Shown one piece after another: positions 47,549 through 57,200 of a stretch of 64,000 nucleotides of DNA. How positions within the stretch are numbered: position 1 is the stretch's first letter; each line of letters opens with the position of its first letter. Below the pieces are notes generated by a model. The model made no database searches. It worked only from the letters and a program-made list of their open reading frames with translations, and had not been told where the DNA came from. The stretch is from a virus. Position numbers and translations under genes: made by a program. The stretch lies in IMG/VR virus record IMGVR_UViG_3300034062_003964, positions 57,468-121,467 of that record, one strand, 5' to 3'.

Positions 47549-48481
47549 TTAAATGATTTCTAATATCTTATTATAAACTTGAAGAACTGAAGGGTGACAT
47601 TCAAATGTTGGTTTATTTTCCAAACAATTAACTAATGGTGGTATTCCATGAATAGAACCCCACTCTCTAACTCCGTATTTAACATCAGATGCACAATTCA
47701 ATCCACATCCACCCATAACATAATGATATTTATATTCTTGTGAACCATTTCTAAATGGTGACCTAAATTCAGGATTAATGGAACTACCTAATTGGATAAT
47801 TTCTGCATCTGTTGTTCCTGCCAAATGTAATAATCCTGAATCCATAGTGACAAAACAAAGTGAATTTTGAATTAAATACCAAGTATCATCCAAACTAGTT
47901 TTATTTACCAAGTTCAAACCATTTTCAATTTCAAAATCAAATACAGGTTTATCAACATTTGACCCACCCGTTTCTGAGGAGTTTTTACCAACAGAAATGA
48001 CAGCAATACCTTTTTCATTTAATAGTTTGGTTAAAAATTTCCAATTATTTAAACTCCAAGTCCTTGAATTCCAATTTTGAACTGAGTGAATTAAAACATA
48101 TTTTTTAGGTAGGTCAGGTATCATCGGCGTGTATAATGGGTTGTAGTCTAAAGTCATTTCCTCTTTATTTAACATGAATCCCAAAGAAATTGCATGAAAT
48201 TGTCTGATGTCCATCGCGTTATGTTTATTACAAACACCATTATCTTTATATCCTATATCGAAAGTTTCAAAAATATCATAAGTTTCTTTTAATTCATCTC
48301 GATTAACATCACCATCAAAAATATTTTCAACATAAGGATTAGTGACAAATAGTTCAGGAACATTTGTAATAATTGAAACTTTTCTATTATACGACTTATA
48401 TAATTTTCTAATTGTTGGTGTTACACATAAGGTATCTCCTAACGCCCTACATCCTGTGATATCTAAACATATTTCTTTCAT
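47549..48481 (-). CDS. GT9-like (heptosyltransferase-fold) glycosyltransferase with Cys cluster
   Basis: LGDTLC.TP, FVTMDSGLLHLAG, CGLNC…C…FECHP. Confidence 0.8.
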   Translation of the reverse strand: MKEICLDITGCRALGDTLCVTPTIRKLYKSYNRKVSIITNVPELFVTNPYVENIFDGDVNRDELKETYDIFETFDIGYKDNGVCNKHNAMDIRQFHAISLGFMLNKEEMTLDYNPLYTPMIPDLPKKYVLIHSVQNWNSRTWSLNNWKFLTKLLNEKGIAVISVGKNSSETGGSNVDKPVFDFEIENGLNLVNKTSLDDTWYLIQNSLCFVTMDSGLLHLAGTTDAEIIQLGSSINPEFRSPFRNGSQEYKYHYVMGGCGLNCASDVKYGVREWGSIHGIPPLVNCLENKPTFECHPSVLQVYNKILEII

Positions 48482-48523
48482 ATATTAAAAGATATGAAAA
48501 GATAAATAAAAAAGAATAATTAG

Positions 48524-49555
48524 TTAATAACCAAATCTTGATTTTTGTGCGTTGTAATTTTTAAGGACTTCAGCGTCCGATAATACTTTATTGTAAACTA
48601 AAAGTCTTGCAATATTACCCGGAAATGGAAATTGATTTGATGTATAATTACCTAAACGTAATCTACTACCTGAAGATGGTTGGTAAACTGAATCGGTGTA
48701 ATTTGAAGAGGACGTGTTGAATGTACCATTAACATAAATTTTTCCAGTAGCGAGTTGATTTTGTAAATCATACAATAAAGTGTAAGTAAAATTATACCAT
48801 ATGTTATTACTAAAAGTTGCGCCTGTTGTATATAAATTTCTTTGAGTTGTCGTACCACCTGTGGATGTACGGTATGTGACATGACATTTATTTATGTCTG
48901 AGCCGCTACCAGTCCCTCTAAATGCCATATATGGTAAAAAGTTACTCATCATCATATTAAAAATATTTCCATCAGAAGTCCTTTTAGCCCATATATCCCA
49001 AGTCATTCCCGATACCATAGTATATACATCATTACTAACAACCTCATCATCGGCACCATCAAACACTAATGAACCTCCCACTTCTGAAGAGTATGTTACC
49101 CCATTTAGTAAACTAAAAGTCAATGTATTATTACTATTAGCAACATTATAAAATGTTGTTCCTGACCTAGGATATGAAGGTGTGTAACCAGCATCTAAAC
49201 ATATAGATAAACCACTTGTAACAATATCCTCATAATCCCTATTTAGAACAACAATATCTGATTGTGATTCTAAATACACGATACTATCAGTAACTCCTGT
49301 AACATTTCCACCTAAAGCTTTCGCCAATGTTATAAATTCACTATCGTTATTTGGTCTAAAAGTAGAAGGACCTAAAGTTGCCTTATTTTGATGAATAGTA
49401 AACCCACTTGTTACGGGAGTGATACTTTGGTAGAATCCTGTAACTGAAGTCGGACCATATGTAACATCACTATTTACTCCGATTAAAAAGTTTCCCGCTT
49501 TAATGGTACCCGCAGTAAGTGATGTGGAATATTTTATTTTATTAGGGAATGGCAT
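48524..49555 (-). CDS. LamG/concanavalin-A-like domain virion protein (paralog of 46542-47525)
   Basis: Shared NxIKYST N-terminus, NRDYE.IVTSGL, LDAG..PSYP, NYNAQKSRFG end. Confidence 0.85.
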   Translation of the reverse strand: MPFPNKIKYSTSLTAGTIKAGNFLIGVNSDVTYGPTSVTGFYQSITPVTSGFTIHQNKATLGPSTFRPNNDSEFITLAKALGGNVTGVTDSIVYLESQSDIVVLNRDYEDIVTSGLSICLDAGYTPSYPRSGTTFYNVANSNNTLTFSLLNGVTYSSEVGGSLVFDGADDEVVSNDVYTMVSGMTWDIWAKRTSDGNIFNMMMSNFLPYMAFRGTGSGSDINKCHVTYRTSTGGTTTQRNLYTTGATFSNNIWYNFTYTLLYDLQNQLATGKIYVNGTFNTSSSNYTDSVYQPSSGSRLRLGNYTSNQFPFPGNIARLLVYNKVLSDAEVLKNYNAQKSRFGY

Positions 49556-49606
49556 TTTATTCTATAAATACTTCATTTACAATTCCAAATTATTATTATT
49601 TAATAA

Positions 49607-52600
49607 ATGGAAAATACGAAAAAATTTGATAGGTCATTTCTACTATATGGGGATAAAAATTATTTACCAATCATAAAAAAAACAATCAAGAGCATTAGGT
49701 CTTTTTCAGATTTACCAATATTTGTTTACTTATTAAATCACCATGAAGAAATAAATGAAAAAAATGTCTTTGTTAAAAAATGGTTTTGTACTATAAGAAA
49801 TCAAAACGAAGAACTTTTTAATGTCGAAGATAACGGTAACTTTTATATAGATAGAAATAGGGTTGCAATTTATGATACTTTAATTCAAAGACCTGCAATC
49901 ACAAAAGATGTTTTAGAGAATTTTTCAAATATAGTATGTTATTTAGATGCTGACACAACCTGTTTACCAAATTTAGAAAAGATATTTGATTTATATCCTA
50001 ATGGTGAGGTTGTTCCATATTTTACAAAAGGTGTTTATGATTTTATGTATTGGGATGGTGTTGGCGGTATTGATGATGATTTAACCAAAACTTTAGAACA
50101 CCCCACTTGTGAATTATATAATATCGACCAATCATTTAGATACCAATCAGGATACAGACAAACGGGTTATTTTCTTGCAGGTCAAAACACAATACCATTT
50201 ATAACTGAATGGTTTGATATGTGTTTAAATCCAATTATCAAAGCAAATACGGTTAAGTACGCAGCATATCACGAAGAGACAATAGTTAATTGTTTATTAT
50301 GGAAACACAAAGTTTCAAGAGGATTACCAAGTGTTTATGTTAATGGAAGTTTAGAAACAATTGATTTAATAAATGACAATACTACCTTTACAGGTGAACC
50401 AAGACACATAAAAGATTGGTTATTAGTTCCATCAAAAAGAGAAGAATTATTCTTTATACATGGTGAAAAAAGATTAAACATTATTGATAATATGATTGAA
50501 AAATTAAGAACAGGTGTATACTACAAAGATAAAAAAATCGCAGATGCAGGTTATGTAATAAATTTACCTCATCGAACAGATAGAAAAGAAAGTGTAATCA
50601 AACTACTTAATGAATTAGAAATTACAGGATATGAATTTATAGACGGAGTAATTTTAGATGACCCAAAATATAGAAAAATGGGTTGTAATGCCGCTTACGT
50701 AAATCTATTTTCAAAATTCTTATCAACTGACGCACAAAATGTAATAGTGTTTGAGGATGATATTAAATTAATGAATGGAGTATCGAAAAATGAAATAAAT
50801 GAAATTTTTGATAATTGGGTTGAAACCGTAAATCATTACGATGTTGTTGGATTAGGCGTTAAATTATTACCGAGAAGTGAAATTAAATTGAATGGTAAAA
50901 CTCACGGCTCATTTGAAGAAATGTTGTGTACCCAATCTTTATTTTACAAAAGACATTTTGTTGAGCATTGGATGTCAATTATGACAGAATTTTTAACACC
51001 AACAAGTCCATTTTATATGTGTGCTGTTGATATGTTTTTAAATGATAGTTCATGTGAAACTTACAGATTTATACATAATGATAGACACAAGAAATTTGAT
51101 TTTGGTATCACCGTACCAATGTTATTTACACAAGGTCCAAGTTTTTCGGACTCAGAAGGTAGAGACCAAGATTATGAAGATGATATGGAACTTGCGTATT
51201 GGCAAAGTTTAAATAAAAATAAAACAGATAAAAGAATGAAATTATTATACGTTACACCACACCTTTCAACGGGTGGAATGCCTCAATTTCTATTGAAGAG
51301 AATTAAAGAATTACAAAATTATAAAGATGAAATAGAAATTTTTGTTGTTGAGTTTTCGAGGTTTAGTCACACGTATGTGGTTCAAAGAGACCAAATTATA
51401 AATTTATTAGATGATGAACATTTTATTAATTTAAGTATTTTAGGTGAAGAAAACCAAGAACAAAAGAAAGAAAGATTAATAGACATTATAAAAGAAAAAA
51501 ATATAGACGTAGTTCATTTTGAAGAAATCAGTGAAGCATTTGAAAGTTTTAACCGAGTTTCAAAATCATTACTTAATTCAATTTACACAAACGATAGAAC
51601 ATGGAAAATTGTCGAGTCTTGTCATAATAATTGGTTTAGCCCTAATAATAGAAAACTACATCCAGATGCGTATTCATTAGTGACACCATTTCATTTAGAA
51701 AAAACTTTTAAAAACGAACCATCATATAAAGAGGTTCACGTTTATCCCTTAGAAGATTTAGTGTCAGAAATTAAAGAAAAACATCAAATTTATAATGATG
51801 AATTTAGTGTTCCTTTAATAGAAAAAATTGCAAAAAGAGAAAAGTTAGGTTTAGACCCATTTAAAACTCATGTATTAAATGTTGGTCTTTGGACATCAGG
51901 AAAAAATCAGGGTGAGGGAGTTGAAATTGCAAGACAGGTTTGGGAAAAAAATAAAGACGTTCATTTTCATTTTATAGGAAATCAGGCGCCCAATTTTGAA
52001 GATTATTGGAAACCAATAATGGAAAATTTACCACCAAATGTTACCGTTTGGTTTGAAAGAAATGACGTTTCTGATTTTATGACGGCTTGTGATATTTTTA
52101 TGTTTAATTCAATTAATGAGTGCAACCCATTAGTTTTAAGGGAGGCGATTAGTTATGGAATGAAAGTAATGTCAAGAAATCTTCCACAATATGTTGGTAT
52201 GTTTGATGGATATATCACTGAAATTGAAAATGACGATATTAATTCATCAACCAATAAACTTTTATCTTTAATTGAAAGTAAAGGAACATATAAATTAAAT
52301 GAGACTTTTGATTTAGGTAAATCATTACGTGATTTTTATTACAAAATTTTAAAAATGGACTTTATAAAAAATAACCAAATAAATAATGATTACACATTCT
52401 CAAATCATTATATTGTAAATCCTTATTTAGAAATAAATGGGACAACAGATAATAAACTAAACGTTAAGTTTTTTGATAATGACCAACTTTCTTATGAAAG
52501 TGACCTATCAATTAATACTTGGGTTAAAATGAACAAGGAGTATTATACAAATTGGAGAGTAGAGGTAAGAGAAAATAATGAATTAATTTATCAAAATACA

Positions 52601-54190
52601 AATGACCACACAAACAAACGGGTATTAATCACATTTGGCTCAAAATCATTGGGCGATACTTTATCTTGGTTTCCTTATGTTGAGGAATTTAGAAAAAAAC
52701 ATAATTGCCATGTGGTAGTATCAACGTTTATGAACTACCTTTTTAAAGGTCAATATCCAGAAATAGAATTTGTTGAACCAGGAAGTGTTGTATATGATAT
52801 TAATGCACAATATAATATAGGTTGGTTTTATAAAGAAGATGGTGAGTTGGATTTGAATAAACATCCTCGTGATTTTAAACCGTTACCATTACAACAAACC
52901 GCATCTGATATTTTAGGTTTAGAATACACTGAAATAAGACCAATATTAAATTTACCAAAAGTTGAAAAAAAGAAGAAAGTAGGTATTGGTTTTCATTCAA
53001 CCGCACAATCAAAATATTGGAACAACAAAAAGGGGTGGCAACAAGTTGTTGATTATTTAAATAATCTTGGGTATGAGTGTATGATATACTCAAAAGAAGG
53101 TGATGGATATATGGGTAATTTTTACCCAAAAGGTGTCACACAATATAAAGGAGGTTCAGTTCAAGAAGTCATAGATGATTTATCAACATGTGAATTTTTT
53201 ATTGGATTAGGTTCAGGACTTTCTTGGTTAGCATGGGCTTGTGAATTACCCGTTGTGTTAATTTCAGGATTTAGTGAAAAATGGTCTGAAACCACATTAG
53301 ACACATATAGAGTTATTAATGAAAACGTATGTCATGGCTGTTTTAATTGGGATAGATTAGATGCTGGTGATTGGAATTGGTGTCCAAAACACAAAGGAAC
53401 ATCAAGACAATTTGAATGTACAAAAGAGATTACATCTGAAATGGTTATTGAACAAATTGAAAAAATCATTAATAAAGAAAAACCTGAAGTTGTGGTTGTT
53501 GAAGAAAAAGTTATTAACAAACCTGTATTTGATTGGGGTTGGATGGATACGGATAGGGAATTAGCCGAATTTCATAAGGGAGCAATTACTGAAGAAATTT
53601 TTAATAATAATATTTATGAAAAATTCTTTGAGGTTGAAGAAGGTGATGTGGTTTTAGATGTTGGTGCAAGTATCGGACCATTCACATATTCTATTTTACA
53701 TAAAAAACCTAAACATGTATTTTGCGTAGAACCAAGTGAAAGTGAATTTACAACACTTATTAAAAACACAATAGGTAATCCTGTCACTCATATTAATAAA
53801 GGTCTTTCAGATACAAATGGTATAGTTGAAAGTGACCAATTGTTTGGTGGGGAATCACATATGGAGTCTATGACGTTTGATAAGTTGGTTAATCTTTACG
53901 GATTAAATAAAATTGACTTTTTAAAAACTGACTGCGAGGGAGGAGAGTATGAAATTTTTAAACAAGAAAACATACAATTTATAAAAGAAAACATTAAAAA
54001 AATTGCTGGTGAATGGCATCTAAGAAGTCAAAAAGATAAAGTTAGATTTAGATATTTTAGAGATAACATTTTACCGCAATTTGAAAACTACGAAGTCTAT
54101 TCTGTTGATGGTGTTAATATAAAGTGGGATTTATGGAATGAACACTTTATAGAATTTTACCAAGAAGTTATCTTTTATATTAGAAATTAA
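49607..54190 (+). CDS. Five-domain glycosylation protein: GT-A, GT25-like, GT4, AAH/TibC-type O-heptosyltransferase, FkbM methyltransferase
   Basis: YLDAD; YVINLPHRTDR…FEDD; PHLSTGG…ECNPLVLREA; SLGDTLSWFPYVEEFRKKH…FIGLGSGLSWLAWA…VLISGFS…CHGC…WCP…FECTK; VLDVGASIG…LKTDCEGGE. Confidence 0.85.
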   Translation: MENTKKFDRSFLLYGDKNYLPIIKKTIKSIRSFSDLPIFVYLLNHHEEINEKNVFVKKWFCTIRNQNEELFNVEDNGNFYIDRNRVAIYDTLIQRPAITKDVLENFSNIVCYLDADTTCLPNLEKIFDLYPNGEVVPYFTKGVYDFMYWDGVGGIDDDLTKTLEHPTCELYNIDQSFRYQSGYRQTGYFLAGQNTIPFITEWFDMCLNPIIKANTVKYAAYHEETIVNCLLWKHKVSRGLPSVYVNGSLETIDLINDNTTFTGEPRHIKDWLLVPSKREELFFIHGEKRLNIIDNMIEKLRTGVYYKDKKIADAGYVINLPHRTDRKESVIKLLNELEITGYEFIDGVILDDPKYRKMGCNAAYVNLFSKFLSTDAQNVIVFEDDIKLMNGVSKNEINEIFDNWVETVNHYDVVGLGVKLLPRSEIKLNGKTHGSFEEMLCTQSLFYKRHFVEHWMSIMTEFLTPTSPFYMCAVDMFLNDSSCETYRFIHNDRHKKFDFGITVPMLFTQGPSFSDSEGRDQDYEDDMELAYWQSLNKNKTDKRMKLLYVTPHLSTGGMPQFLLKRIKELQNYKDEIEIFVVEFSRFSHTYVVQRDQIINLLDDEHFINLSILGEENQEQKKERLIDIIKEKNIDVVHFEEISEAFESFNRVSKSLLNSIYTNDRTWKIVESCHNNWFSPNNRKLHPDAYSLVTPFHLEKTFKNEPSYKEVHVYPLEDLVSEIKEKHQIYNDEFSVPLIEKIAKREKLGLDPFKTHVLNVGLWTSGKNQGEGVEIARQVWEKNKDVHFHFIGNQAPNFEDYWKPIMENLPPNVTVWFERNDVSDFMTACDIFMFNSINECNPLVLREAISYGMKVMSRNLPQYVGMFDGYITEIENDDINSSTNKLLSLIESKGTYKLNETFDLGKSLRDFYYKILKMDFIKNNQINNDYTFSNHYIVNPYLEINGTTDNKLNVKFFDNDQLSYESDLSINTWVKMNKEYYTNWRVEVRENNELIYQNTNDHTNKRVLITFGSKSLGDTLSWFPYVEEFRKKHNCHVVVSTFMNYLFKGQYPEIEFVEPGSVVYDINAQYNIGWFYKEDGELDLNKHPRDFKPLPLQQTASDILGLEYTEIRPILNLPKVEKKKKVGIGFHSTAQSKYWNNKKGWQQVVDYLNNLGYECMIYSKEGDGYMGNFYPKGVTQYKGGSVQEVIDDLSTCEFFIGLGSGLSWLAWACELPVVLISGFSEKWSETTLDTYRVINENVCHGCFNWDRLDAGDWNWCPKHKGTSRQFECTKEITSEMVIEQIEKIINKEKPEVVVVEEKVINKPVFDWGWMDTDRELAEFHKGAITEEIFNNNIYEKFFEVEEGDVVLDVGASIGPFTYSILHKKPKHVFCVEPSESEFTTLIKNTIGNPVTHINKGLSDTNGIVESDQLFGGESHMESMTFDKLVNLYGLNKIDFLKTDCEGGEYEIFKQENIQFIKENIKKIAGEWHLRSQKDKVRFRYFRDNILPQFENYEVYSVDGVNIKWDLWNEHFIEFYQEVIFYIRN

Positions 54191-54208
54191 TTATTGTTTT
54201 AAACAATC

Positions 54209-57200
54209 TTACGTACTTACTGATTCAATCACCGCAAATCGTATTACAATTGCTTCACTTAAATTACCTGCCGTAACATTTCTCACTGAAATGACTGCAG
54301 AACCAGCACCTGGAAATGCGTTTAAATTGTAAGACGCACTTGAACCAACAGAGGTGTGTTGAAGAACTACAATGTCGGTAGCTGAAATCACACTATTAGT
54401 TAAAGTAAATGATACCGTTGTGTTGGCATTCAATGTCGCACCAGTCATAGTGATTATTCCTGTTGGTCTGTTTAGGGTAACTCCTGTTGCCTTAGTTCCG
54501 GTTTGAGAGACCGAACCTCCAGCACCTGTACTATAACCTAATGTTTGACTACTACCTATTACATGTAAATTACCGACAGTTGTTGTTGTTCCACCTGCAA
54601 ACCTTAAACCGGCATTTTGTCCGCCAGCACCAACTATTAAATTTTCACCGGCACTTGAAACCATTGCGGTATCACCAAGAACGCTGTTGTTGTTACCACC
54701 TGATGCTCCTACATACGGATAGAATAAAACACCTTCGTCATTATTATTATCAATACGAGCGGCAATTGCGTTTGTAACTCTTGCCCCTGAAGTGACATCC
54801 AAAGGATAAGTAGGTGCTCCAGCACTATTAATTTGTAAGAAGTTGGTAATTGCGGCATCTCCTGCTGAAAAAATTGAAAATCTATTGTTTGTACCTAAGA
54901 CTGCACTAGCGCCATAAGAAATCGTAAATGCCTGATTTGTATTATCAACTCCAAGAGCAAATGAGTTGGCTGCGGTTGATGGTATAAATCTCATAAATGG
55001 GTCCTGAGTACCTCCAACGGTATCACTCAATGACATATTAGGGAATGGACTATCTTTAGTTAAAGTCATAGTTACACCATCGAATTGTGCACCAATTTCT
55101 CCTTGTATGGTGTTTGCGGTACCCGTCGCAGTGACTATGTAATTATTTTGATTATTATTAATTACCATACTAAGACCTGAACTACCTGATGTTCCGTTAG
55201 TTCCTGATGTTCCATTTGTACCACTCGTACCACTTGAACCGTCACGACCATTAAGACCACTGGACCCTGAAGAACCACTGGACCCTGAAGAACCATTAGA
55301 ACCCGAAGAACCTGAAGAACCGCTAGTTCCTGAACTACCATTTAATCCATTATAAACCCAAGATATTGTGTAAGTATTATCATTAGCTAAAGAACCATTA
55401 CCAACGACATTGGATACGGTAAAGGTGTAAACAGGTGATGAGAATGTTATATTACTAACAGTCCAAATACCAATTATGTTATTTGACCCAACTTTAGTAA
55501 TCTGTAAATACACAGGATTTCCTAATGCCTGTATTGTATCAATACCTGAAAACCAAGTATTATAACTAGTCGAATTAATGTCTAGATTATTAATGTCAAT
55601 AGAGGTTATTGAGGATATTGTAGATGAGTTTGTATCAAAATATCCTGGAAACCCAGCTAAAGATTTACGATAATTCCATCTTCCTGAATTTGACCCATCA
55701 TTACCATCGGTTCCACTTCCACCATTTAAACCTGAAGAACCGGATGTTCCGTTTGAACCTGAAGAACCGGATGTTCCATTAGTTCCGTTTGTACCATTTG
55801 CTCCATTTAAACCTGAAGAACCGGATGTTCCGTTTGAACCTGAAGAACCGGATGTTCCATTAGTTCCGTTTGTACCATTTAAACCTGAAGAACCGGATGT
55901 CCCGTTTGAACCTGAAGAACCTGATGTTCCATTAGTTCCGTTAGTTCCATTAGCACCATTTAAACCTGAAGAACCTGATGTCCCGTTTGAACCTGAGCTT
56001 CCTGATGTTCCGTTAGTACCGTTAGTTCCGTTTGTCCCATTTAAACCTGAAGAACCGCTTGTACCTGCAGAACCTGATGAGCCAGATGTTCCGCTTGAAC
56101 CAGATGAACCTGAGGTTCCGGCAGACCCACTAGAACCTGAAGAACCTGAGCTACCACTTGTACCAGATGAACCTGATGTTCCTGAAGACCCACTTGACCC
56201 TGAAGTTCCACTTGAACCGTTAGTACCGTTTGTACCATTCAATCCGCTTGACCCTGATGTTCCACTTGAACCATTAGTACCATTTGTACCTGAAGAACCA
56301 TTAGTACCATTTGTACCATTTCTACCTGAAGAACCTGAACTACCGCTAGTACCCGAAGAACCTGAACTACCGCTAGTCCCACTAATACCCGAAGAACCGC
56401 TTGAGCCTGATGTGCCACTTGAGCCTGAACTACCACTAGTGCCTGATGAACCCGAAGAACCTGAAGTCCCGCTTGAACCATTAGTACCATTTATACCTGA
56501 AGAACCACTAGAACCTGATGTTCCATTTATTCCTGAACTTCCTGAAGACCCACTAGTTCCTGAAGAACCTGAAGACCCACTAGTTCCAGATGAACCATTA
56601 GAACCTGAAGTTCCGTTAGTACCATTTGTTCCGTTTGCTCCATTCAATCCGCTTGAGCCTGAAGAACCTGAAGTTCCGTTTGTTCCGTTTGTTCCGTTAG
56701 TACCATTTGTTCCGTTTGCTCCATTTAAACCTGAAGAACCGGATGTCCCGTTTGAACCTGAAGAACCTGATGTTCCATTAGTTCCGTTAGTACCATTTGC
56801 ACCATTTAAACCACTTGAACCTGAAGTTCCATTAGTACCATTAGTTCCGTTAGTACCATTTCTACCTGATGAACCTGACGTTCCTGATGACCCGCTAGTG
56901 CCTGAACTACCACTTGAACCCGATGAACCACTAGTTCCGTTAGTACCATTTGTTCCGTTAGCTCCGTTTAAACCTGAAGAACCTGATGTTCCGTTAGTTC
57001 CGTTAGTACCGTTAGCTCCGTTTAAACCTGATGAACCTGATGAACCACTAGTACCGTTTGTTCCTGAAGTCCCATTTGTGCCGCTAGTACCATTAGTTCC
57101 ACTTGTTCCGTTGGTACCATTTGTTCCGTTTGTTCCGTTTCTACCTGAAGAACCACTTGACCCTGATGTCCCACTCGAACCCGAAGAACCACTAGTACCT

